From the NCBI GenBank assembly GCA_963828525.1, contig CAWHEP010000009.1:192001-256000 (forward strand): 64,000 nt of DNA, in the 5' to 3' direction. The translations under genes and the position numbers were made by a program. The stretch comes from an uncultured Verrucomicrobiae bacterium (GTDB lineage: Bacteria; Verrucomicrobiota; Verrucomicrobiia; Chthoniobacterales; Chthoniobacteraceae). Below the pieces are notes generated by a model. It made no database searches and was not told the origin of the DNA. It was given only the letters and a program-made list of their open reading frames with translations. Of the stretch, positions 51,655-59,719 are shown one piece after another; positions within the stretch are counted from its first letter, which is position 1; each line of letters begins with the position of its first letter.

Positions 51655-51689
51655 GAGAGTGCGAAGAATCTCATAGCCGAAGTTTTTTG

Positions 51690-51910
51690 AATCTGGCTCC
51701 CATTCGGGAGCTTGTTGTCATTCCCAATGCGCTTTCATGGAAGGCATGAAAGCTATCTTAAAAGAGTGGACGCCCTACCCCTAGCGGCGCGCTAGAGGCA
51801 GTTTCGTAACGGCCATGTTGCAAGCACGTCTTCGACAATTCGCGGCATTGAATCAACCGTGTCCCGCGCGCTGTAACCGCACTGTCACGCGCTGTAACAG
51901 GCGTGTCACC
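51690..51910. promoter_or_regulatory. oriT-like region upstream of the relaxase
   Basis: Inverted repeats GCTCCC-N4-GGGAGC, GCTTTCATG-N5-CATGAAAGC (51731-51753) and CTAGCG-N3-CGCTAG; five TGT(A/C)(A/C)C direct repeats at 10-12 bp spacing. Confidence 0.5.
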
Positions 51911-52613
51911 GCTCATCGCGAACTACCTCCAGCATTTCCTGTCACCGGAAATCACGCAAGTTTTTTGCCCTTCGGAAAATACGTTCGACTTTGGCGAGAT
52001 CGACCGGGGCAAAATCATTTGCGTGGCCATGCCGCAGAAGTTTCAAACCGAGCGGCGCTATGTGAACACCTTTCTCAAGACGCCTTTCTACACGCACGTC
52101 TTGCGCCGTTTCGACAAGCCCAAGGAGCAGCGCCGGGACGACAATCTTCTCATCCTTTGGGCCGACGAAGCGCAGCGGTTTATGACCGCGAGCGAGGACG
52201 GAATGAGCGATTACAATTCCGTGGACGTGATTCGAGAGGCGCAGGGAACCGTTGTCGCCGCCGCGCAATCTTCGACCTCATTCGTTCCGCCGTTGGGCAA
52301 AGACAAAGCGAAGGTGCTGACGTTGAATCTCCGCAATCGCATGATCTTCAAAGCCGCCGACGAAGAAGGCGCGGTTGAGAGCGCCGATTTTCTTGGGAAG
52401 AAGAAATTCATCAAACGCTCGTGGGGCTTCTCCTATGGTAGGACGACGAGCAATTACAGCGAGCAGGAGGAGCACAAGATCAAGCCTTACGTCCTTCGCA
52501 GTCTGCCGAAACACACCTGCGTTTTGGTTCATGCGGAACGCGGCTTCAAACGAGCGCTACTGCCGCCTATCGACCCGAATGGGAAGGTCTGTTCGTGGTT
52601 CGGAAAGGGATAA
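51903..52613 (+). pseudogene. C-terminal fragment of a type IV coupling protein (TraD/TraG/VirD4-like)
   Basis: Walker B LILWADEAQRF, IREA..TVVAAAQS, NRMIF, SADFLGK; no Walker A or TM N-terminus. Confidence 0.75.
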
Positions 52614-52618
52614 TCGCG

Positions 52619-53162
52619 ATGCCCGGCGACGGCCCAATCATCCATTTCCCAACCGAGGAAGAGCAGCAGGCCACCCTCAATGAGTTTGCACGCGAAATGC
52701 AGCGGGTGAAAGAACGGAAGGACTCGGTTTCACAGCAGAAGCTCCAGGAAGCACTGGCGACGATTTCCGATTATCTCAAAACCGGCTGGACCACCGGAGG
52801 CGGGCGGCGTCTCCGTCAATTCGTCTGGTCGCTTTGGAACGGCTTTCATCTGATCAATCTCTACGACCTTAGCTCCGGCCTCGATGGCAGGCTCACCGAC
52901 GCGGTGATTATCGTTTTCCACGCGGCGATGGTGGACGCATTGAGCGAAGACCAAAAGCGGCGCGTGCTAAAAGAGTCGGGAGAATTCGCCCGCTGGGAAC
53001 AGGCGAGCGAGGAGACTCCCGAAGACGAGGAAGTCTTGTATCCGCCATTTCCGATGAGCACCGAGGGGCTTCGCCGAGCTGGCGCATTCCGCCGAACAGA
53101 ACGACAGGCGCATCGAAAAGCAGCGCCGCGCCGAGCAGGCCCGCGAGGCGAAAGATGAGTGA
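52619..53162 (+). CDS. Hypothetical protein of the mobile element; probable frameshift near 53072
   Basis: TGGGRRLRQFVWSLWNG..INLYDL..GLD core; the alternative frame gives a helical tail ELAHSAEQNDRRIEKQRRAEQAREAKDE*. Confidence 0.6.
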
Positions 53163-53176
53163 AAAGCCACCACCGA

Positions 53177-53230
53177 ACGGGATCAACTGCCGCTGCCTTC
53201 TCAGACTCCGGGAGCGGCAGTTCATCCCGT
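53177..53230. repeat. Long stem-loop (18-bp arms, one mismatch)
   Basis: ACGGGATCAACTGCCGCT-N18-AGCGGCAGTTCATCCCGT. Confidence 0.7.
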
Positions 53231-53414
53231 CCGCCGGGGAGGATGCGAGACCAAGCGCCCAGACTTCGCTGCGGCTTCGCTCCCGGCTTGCCGCCCGCTG
53301 GCCCACCGGGCAAGCCTGACGCTACGGCCTCCGCTTCGCCTGAACGCTTGGACTCGCGATTGGCGCAGCCAGCTCACGATTTTGATCCATGCGAAAGGCC
53401 TGACTTTCTCGAAC

Positions 53415-53431
53415 AGCGTAATAATTACGCT
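53415..53431. promoter_or_regulatory. Inverted repeat upstream of abiEi, candidate autoregulatory operator
   Basis: Perfect AGCGTAAT-A-ATTACGCT. Confidence 0.55.
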
Positions 53432-53477
53432 ATGTGTGTTGCGGCAGGGACCGCTCGATGTAAGCTATCCTTGCGTT

Positions 53478-54092
53478 ATGAAACGGTCTTCCCATGAATC
53501 TGAAGCTAGGCTTTTCGCAGTGGCGGAAAGTCAGGGAGGCTATTTTACCGCAAAACAGGCGGAGGAAGCGGGGTTTGATCGAACGAATCACGCCTACCAT
53601 GTACGGGCGGGAAATTGGGAGCGTGAACACCGGGGTATTTTCCGCCTTGCGCATTTTCCGGCCAACGAGCGCCCTGATCTGGTCCGCTGGTCTCTCTGGT
53701 CACGAGATCGACAGGATCATCCGCAAGGAGTTTATTCGCATCAAACGGCTCTCAGCATCCATGACCTGTCGGATGTCATGCCGTCCAAGCTGCACATGAC
53801 GGTGCCTCTGAAATTTCGCAAGAATTCCAAAATACCGCCCGCAATTGTCCTGCACTATGCCGACCTTCCCGCCGGGGCAATGGAAGAGCGTGAGGGGTTT
53901 CGCGTTACGCGCCCAATGAGGGCTATTCTTGATCTGGGCGAATCACAGGAACTTTCACCTGATCTGCTGGCGCAGGCATATGCAGAGGCTCGCAAACGTG
54001 GACTAATTACTGAAAACGAAGTCAGGGAATACCGCGATAAGCTGCCCGCTTTCCTGTTTCAACGCCCGGGATTGAAGGCGAGGCCCGCATGA
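53478..54092 (+). CDS. abiEi: Type IV TA antitoxin, AbiEi family
   Basis: QGGYFTAKQAEEAG, RGIFRL, SHQTALSIHDLSD..P..LHMTVP, RVTRP.RAILD. Confidence 0.87.
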   Translation: MKRSSHESEARLFAVAESQGGYFTAKQAEEAGFDRTNHAYHVRAGNWEREHRGIFRLAHFPANERPDLVRWSLWSRDRQDHPQGVYSHQTALSIHDLSDVMPSKLHMTVPLKFRKNSKIPPAIVLHYADLPAGAMEEREGFRVTRPMRAILDLGESQELSPDLLAQAYAEARKRGLITENEVREYRDKLPAFLFQRPGLKARPA

Positions 54093-54952
54093 AAGATGAG
54101 CCACGCCATTACGCCACTGCTGCCGCCTTCCGCGTCGCCCTTGAGGCGCGCCTGAAAACAACGGAACGAACCGAAGGCATCGATCTCCAGCGTTTGCGCC
54201 GGCAGGTTTCGTTTGATCGGTTGCTTGCGCGTTTGTTTTCCGAACAGAACGCGCCGTGGCTGCTCAAGGGTGGTTACGCCATGGAATTGAGGCTGCAAAC
54301 GGCGCGCACGACGAAAGATATCGATTTGTCTCTTCCGGTCGATGCCGCGTCCGAGAGGAAGGGGCGTGTCTTGGAGCATTTGCAGGCCAGCGTCGCCAAG
54401 GATTTGAAGGATTTTTTCGTCTTTGCCATAGGTCAGCCCATAATGGACCTGAATGCTGCACCGGAAGGCGGCGCCCGTTACCCGGTAACCGCCTCGTTGG
54501 CTGGCCGGGTTTTTACCAGGTTTCATCTCGATGTCGGGATGGGTGATGCCGCCATTGAGCCCACAGAACTATTGGAAGGACGAAACTGGCTGGGTTTTGC
54601 GGGAATTTATCCTACGAAATTTGTGGCGATTTCCAAAGAACAGCAGTTTGCAGAGAAACTGCACGCCTACACCCTCCCACGTCTAGAGGGAACAAACACT
54701 CGTGTTAAGGATGTCGTCGATATGGCGCTTTTGCTTCGGCTCGGAACATTGGATCGTGAACGGCTTAAGGAAGCCATTCGCACAACTTTTGCCTTGCGGG
54801 ACACGCATGTGCTTCCCGTCGTATTGCCGGAGCCGCCTGCATCATGGGAAGCTCTTTACCGGACATTGGCGGTAGAGAGCAGCCTCGATTGGACCCTACA
54901 AGAGACCCTTCAAAGGATCGGGACTTTGCTTTCAGATGAAATATTGCGATAG
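54089..54952 (+). CDS. abiEii: Type IV TA toxin, AbiEii/AbiGii nucleotidyltransferase
   Basis: LLKGGYAM, RTTKDID, AEKLHA, TRVKD..D; ATGA overlap with the antitoxin. Confidence 0.9.
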   Translation: MKDEPRHYATAAAFRVALEARLKTTERTEGIDLQRLRRQVSFDRLLARLFSEQNAPWLLKGGYAMELRLQTARTTKDIDLSLPVDAASERKGRVLEHLQASVAKDLKDFFVFAIGQPIMDLNAAPEGGARYPVTASLAGRVFTRFHLDVGMGDAAIEPTELLEGRNWLGFAGIYPTKFVAISKEQQFAEKLHAYTLPRLEGTNTRVKDVVDMALLLRLGTLDRERLKEAIRTTFALRDTHVLPVVLPEPPASWEALYRTLAVESSLDWTLQETLQRIGTLLSDEILR

Positions 54953-55913
54953 GTGGGACGAATCATCCGCGGATTCTCCCGACACGTCGGGAGTTTCTAA
55001 GCGCATCACTCGCAGGCGCTCACCAGTTTCATCAACCGTTAAGTTTCCGCAACCGTCGCCACTCGTCAGCAACTCACGAGCGACGGCATCGCCGATGAAT
55101 TTCTCCACCGCATCCCGCATCGGACGCGCACCGAGCCGGGGATGAAATCCACGTCGCACGAGGAACGGCAGCACGGATTCGGCGGGCTCGAGTTCGTGGC
55201 CGTTGGCGCGCAGAAACTCGAATTCTTGCGCCAGAAGGAGCCGCGCGATGTCGAGCTGCACGTCGTAGGTAAGCTTGTTGAAAACGAGCTTCTCGGTGAT
55301 GCGCGCGTAAAGCTCGGGGCGCATCGACTGTTGAGCGTGTCCGAGAACGTGCCGCTCCATCGTGGAAAACGAGGAATGCTGCAAACCCACGATTTCCGCC
55401 GAGGCGATATTGGAAGTGAACACGACGTAGAAGCCGCTCAAATCCAGCGTCTCGCCGCTCGCCATCGTCACACGCGCTGCGTCGAGGATTTGCAAAAACA
55501 CGTCCAGCACGCGCGGATGCGCCTTTTCGATTTCATCAAAAAAGCAAAGTCCCCGTATTCGACTTTTCGACGGCCAGCGCCAGCGTGCCCCGCTCGCCAA
55601 GCCTGCCGCCGAGCAGCACGGCCAGGCTTTCCTGATTTTGATACTCCGACATGTCGAAACGAAAGAGCCGGTCTTCACCGCACAGAAGTTGCGTGAAGTT
55701 CAACGTCACTTCCGTCTTGCCGACGCCAGTCGGTCCGAGAAACAGAAAGCTCCCGCGCGGACGCAAGCCTTTGGTCAGGCCGAGTTCCCCGCGTTGCCGC
55801 AGCGAGACGATGCGCGGCAGGACATGATCCTGCCCGCGAATGCGCTGGCGCAGGAGGGGCAGCAGTCCGTGAAGTTTGGCGACCTGTGAGTTTGTTTCGG
55901 CGAGCGCGTTCAT
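54932..55913 (-). CDS. Stand-alone ClpA/B NBD2-like AAA+ ATPase, frameshift in a T-run near 55540
   Basis: RIRGQDH, SFLFLGPTGVGKTE, FDMSEY, DEIEKAHP, FTSN, RPELYARI, GARPMR. Confidence 0.85.
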
Positions 55914-55990
55914 TTCTCGCAGCGTAAATCTTCGCTCCCGAAATTTGGCTCCCGTTCGGGAGCCTGTGTGCTTTTTCCGTCAGCTACAAC

Positions 55991-56104
55991 ATGAGCATGA
56001 ACAAAACATTATTCATTTCTTTGCGAGCAATGCCCGTCCTCGCGCAAGCGGCGGGTGGTCTCGCCCAAGGAGCGAGTCAGGCGCTGGGCATCGTCATGCT
56101 CATG
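55991..56104 (+). pseudogene. TrbC/VirB2-like conjugal pilin 5-prime fragment
   Basis: MNKTLF...PVLAQAAGGLAQGASQALGIVMLM: leader and start of a hydrophobic helix, cut off at the element edge. Confidence 0.45.
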
Positions 56105-56130
56105 AGACGGCGCGAATCCCAGAACGGCGT

Positions 56131-57339
56131 TTATCCCGCGAGTTCAAGGAACTCTGCCACAATCGGCCATCGCGCCTCCATGGTCTGCGAAGTCTTCCTG
56201 AGTAATTCCGCGTTTTCTCGAAGACGCTCCATCTCGCCCGGCTTCTGGAAAATATGCGTGAGACTTTGCGCCATGAGGTCAGGCCTTTTAGTCGGTACAA
56301 GGACGCCATTAAAACCCGACTGGATGATTTCCCTGTTTCCCAAAGTATCGAACGCTACCAACACCGCGCCCGCCGAGATCGATTCGAGCGTGGAAAGGGG
56401 ACACCCTTCGCCCCATAGAGGATCCTTGCCCACATTCATACCGAGAAAGACCTGGCAGGATCGCAAGCCTGACAGGATGTCAGACTCGGGTCCTCGAAGC
56501 AGAAAGAAGTCAAGGTCGAGTCCCGCCGAAGCAGTCGCCTTCCGAATGATTTCGATATAGCCCGGAGTGAGGCGTCCCTCATCCATATAACCCACGCGAA
56601 GCGGGTGCCGCTCGGACTCGATGGGATACCAGATGGCGTCATCAATCAGCAGAGGCAAAGTTATGCAGGGCTTATCAAAATGGGCCATGTGCCAGGCCTG
56701 CACCGTACCAGAGATGCCTGCCACTTTCCTAAGATTGGCCCGGTAGAGACGCGCAAGCGCGGGAAAGTGGAAATGTTCTGTCCACGCAAGCTCCATATCC
56801 CAAAAATAGACGCGGGGGCACTGCGAGATAAACGCGGCGCCCTCGGCCCAAGATGTGACGCAACGGACATCCGCCGTCGCGCGCATCTTTTCCCGGAAGG
56901 CTTCCATTGAAAGATGCGGCTGATGATCGACGAGCCATGTTTCGCGAGTGCCATCGTAGGTGACCATGTAGGCCTCGTACCCATGAAGCCGCGCCAGCTT
57001 GACGAGGTTGTTGAGAAGCTTGATGCCGCCGTTGTATTTCCACCCGCCATGGAGCGCCTCGCTCGCGCAAGCGGAAGCAAAAATCACCGGTTTTGACGAA
57101 ACCGTCGCGGGCTTCGCCATGCCATTGGCAGACGCTCCGCCGGACGGTCGTGACAGAAGCGAGGCGGCAATGCCGCCGGCTCCAACCGCATCCGCCAAGT
57201 TCGCGAAGTTCCTTCCCAGATCGCGAACGAACAAGGATGGGAGCCTCGACAACGTCAACCAGGCGCTGCTAAAGCCTTTTCGTGTCCGAAAAAATCCCCA
57301 TGCCCGTTTCGGACTGCTCCCCTCGGCAGCTTTCGACAA
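56131..57339 (-). CDS. GT-B (GT4-like) glycosyltransferase
   Basis: EGCPLSTLESISAG (EX7E), GNREII..GFNGVLV; N-terminal GGIK. Confidence 0.8.
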   Translation of the reverse strand: MSKAAEGSSPKRAWGFFRTRKGFSSAWLTLSRLPSLFVRDLGRNFANLADAVGAGGIAASLLSRPSGGASANGMAKPATVSSKPVIFASACASEALHGGWKYNGGIKLLNNLVKLARLHGYEAYMVTYDGTRETWLVDHQPHLSMEAFREKMRATADVRCVTSWAEGAAFISQCPRVYFWDMELAWTEHFHFPALARLYRANLRKVAGISGTVQAWHMAHFDKPCITLPLLIDDAIWYPIESERHPLRVGYMDEGRLTPGYIEIIRKATASAGLDLDFFLLRGPESDILSGLRSCQVFLGMNVGKDPLWGEGCPLSTLESISAGAVLVAFDTLGNREIIQSGFNGVLVPTKRPDLMAQSLTHIFQKPGEMERLRENAELLRKTSQTMEARWPIVAEFLELAG

Positions 57340-57340
57340 G

Positions 57341-59569
57341 CTATCGACTCGCTTGCACCGGCATTGCCTTTTCCGGCACTATGCTTTCGGCACGGGTTAG
57401 GAATACAGGCTCCTCAGAGATCGGCAGCGCAAGATGATCGTTGTCTGTGGATGTCATCTTCTCGTTGCCCATCAGGTCAACCACGCCCACTTTCCCCGAC
57501 TTGATCCCTAACGGCAGGGAGGTTTTACCCTTGGACGTCCATGCCGCAAAGACCGGCGCGCCATTTCCGGTGAACTCGTAGAGATAGCTGCCATCGGCAA
57601 CCTGTAGCGAGCGCGCGAAGTGTTTCTTGTAGAGGAGTCTGCTCATCGTGTTATAGGCCACGTAGTCCACCTTCGGAGCTCCATCCTTCTGTACAGCTCC
57701 CAGCATGTAGTCCCAACGATTGGACGCGGCGTCTCCGCGATCCTGGAAGTTATATTTGAAAATGCGCTCCACGTATGGCTGGGACAAAGCCAGCAGGAAC
57801 ATGCGCACATTATAGGCGGCGACGTCAGCATCTGAATACGCCCGCTGTTTGTTTGCGAATCCGCTGCCGGTCAACCAGACCTTCAGCTTGCCCGCCCCGT
57901 TGTTGTTGAGAACGGTCTTGAGGCTTTCCAAACGCGACAGGTACGCAGCTCCCTCATTGGCCTGGCCTTTCTGAAGAGGAAGCTCCGGCGCCGTATTTTC
58001 GAGCTGATGCACTGATAAGGCATCCATATACCTGGCGCCTCCCTGCTGAAGAACCCCGTTGATGAAATCCAGATCGAAGCCGGAACAGGCCCCGCCAATC
58101 ACGATTGCATTCGGATCCGCTGATTTCACGCCTTGATAAGCAGCTTTTAAGAGCGCCGTGTATTCCCGAGCGCTGGGAGTACGTTTCAACCAGCCTTGGC
58201 TGCTGTTGGGCTCATCCCAAACTTCCCAGCATTTGACGCCCGGGCCCCATTTTGGCTGCGACCACTTCTGAGCCGCAGTGGCGGCGAAACGCCTAAATTC
58301 CTCCAGCGCCTCGCGGGAATGAGGCGCCTGATTGTCGTCGTAGAAAGAATTCGCCCCGTTCAGGACAACCAGACTCGGCATCCCTTTTCTTGCCGCCGCA
58401 GCGACGAAGAAATACGGATTGAGGGCGTCCATGGAGATGTCGATCTTCCCTTTGGTAGATTCATTCCAGAATAATTCATCCCGAAACCAGCCAGCTCCCA
58501 TTTTCTGCGCCAAATCAAGAGCGCCGCTCGCTCCACCAATCTTTTGATGCCGTCCCCAAGGTCCTTCGGCGAAATGCATCTGCACACCAAAAGGACTTTC
58601 AGGCCATAATGTCGCCTGATCCGCCATCCACGCGAAAGGAACCCGCATGGACATACCCGCGTAATCGGTCGCGATATAGAACAGGCCGAATCCGGGAGGG
58701 GTGATGTCGAGTTCCTGCCGAAAAGGTGTTTTCGCCGTAACTGTCGCGGTTCCCTTCCACAACTCGCGAACGATCTCGCCTCGATGATTAAGAAGGTTGA
58801 TGGGAGGCATCGGGAACGAACCCTCCGTGCCTGGAGCCCCGGATACCACCACTACGGCGTTGGAGGGGACGTCGCTCTTGCCCCAAAAATACATCAGGTG
58901 CCTGGGCGTCTCAAAAGTCACTTCCGGAAGAGCAGGGCCTTCCGCGATGGCTGGCAGCACGGGCGCGCGGTAGACGTTGGCGGCGAGTTGCGATTCCGCC
59001 TTCGGCGCAACAGCGTTTACCAGGTAAAACGTGAGGGAACCTCTCTTCATGGAAGGGTTCGCAAGGCCACTCTTGTCGAGCACGAGAGCCACGCTCTGAA
59101 CGGAGCCATGCCACCTCGCCTCCTTTGAGCCAGCGGAATGAGAGGTGGCGAATTTCGGAAGCGTGATCTCCTGCCAACCGGTGTTTTGCTTGAGAGGGAG
59201 TTTCTCCTGGTGGGTGCTGCCGGCGGAATCAACCAGCCGGAGCTCGACTGATTCGGTGTTCGTAGCCTTCACCCAGAACGAAATCTTGTCGGTCGCGGCA
59301 GGAAGCGCGACTTTTTCCTGCGCCGCCACAAAACGTCCGCCCAAGAGAAAGTCGCCGAGGAGCACCAGAGAATCTCCTCCGGAGGGCCCGGTCTGGCCTG
59401 GGTCGAGGCGTCCGCGGGCGCCGGGATACTCTCGGCCAAGGCTAAGCTGCCATGAGCTTAAGCTATTCTCGACCCCCAAAGCGAGCATTTGGCTGGATAC
59501 ACAAGCCACCAGACTGAGAAGCACCACCGCCTCACGATTCCATTTCCTGTTCTTGATTAGCATATTCAT
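57341..59569 (-). CDS. Exported clan GH-A (GH39/GH5-like) protein with N-terminal CBM-like domain; catalytic residues degenerate
   Basis: Signal peptide, SPFGVQMHF, WFRDE, WEVWDEPN, SVHQL, VWLTGSG. Confidence 0.78.
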   Translation of the reverse strand: MNMLIKNRKWNREAVVLLSLVACVSSQMLALGVENSLSSWQLSLGREYPGARGRLDPGQTGPSGGDSLVLLGDFLLGGRFVAAQEKVALPAATDKISFWVKATNTESVELRLVDSAGSTHQEKLPLKQNTGWQEITLPKFATSHSAGSKEARWHGSVQSVALVLDKSGLANPSMKRGSLTFYLVNAVAPKAESQLAANVYRAPVLPAIAEGPALPEVTFETPRHLMYFWGKSDVPSNAVVVVSGAPGTEGSFPMPPINLLNHRGEIVRELWKGTATVTAKTPFRQELDITPPGFGLFYIATDYAGMSMRVPFAWMADQATLWPESPFGVQMHFAEGPWGRHQKIGGASGALDLAQKMGAGWFRDELFWNESTKGKIDISMDALNPYFFVAAAARKGMPSLVVLNGANSFYDDNQAPHSREALEEFRRFAATAAQKWSQPKWGPGVKCWEVWDEPNSSQGWLKRTPSAREYTALLKAAYQGVKSADPNAIVIGGACSGFDLDFINGVLQQGGARYMDALSVHQLENTAPELPLQKGQANEGAAYLSRLESLKTVLNNNGAGKLKVWLTGSGFANKQRAYSDADVAAYNVRMFLLALSQPYVERIFKYNFQDRGDAASNRWDYMLGAVQKDGAPKVDYVAYNTMSRLLYKKHFARSLQVADGSYLYEFTGNGAPVFAAWTSKGKTSLPLGIKSGKVGVVDLMGNEKMTSTDNDHLALPISEEPVFLTRAESIVPEKAMPVQASR

Positions 59570-59719
59570 GTTTTCCTTGTGACCTCATCCTTTCAGGTTT
59601 CGGGATGTAAATCCCTCAAAAAATACCCTGACCGCTGAATTAGAGCAAATTACAGAAGCAGACTACCAGCTTTTATTGAAATTATAAGAAGATTTTCTGG
59701 ATTTCGCACATTTAAGCGC

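Larger units (their letters stand above)
51535..56104. mobile_element. Degenerate conjugative element (ICE/plasmid remnant) carrying AbiE
   Basis: Relaxase stub, oriT-like repeats, T4CP C-terminus, AbiEi/AbiEii, AAA+ ATPase, pilin-like stub; both ends fall inside truncated genes. Confidence 0.75.

Noticed and set aside
51474..51674. N-terminal extension of the 534-aa PafA-family ORF
   Set aside because: Family similarity begins at MNRIVGIETEYG (51473); the extension reads through the relaxase stub in another frame
51480..56130. att sites or target-site duplication flanking the mobile remnant
   Set aside because: Only a 7-bp GC-rich match (CGGCGCG) near both ends, expected by chance; no integrase or tRNA
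55991..56560. 189-aa ORF taken as a full gene
   Set aside because: Only the first ~38 codons look pilin-like; the rest is antisense to the glycosyltransferase
59681..59710. Minus-strand TATAAT in the AT-rich gap between the two hydrolase paralogues
   Set aside because: No convincing -35 element; possible internal promoter but too weak to call
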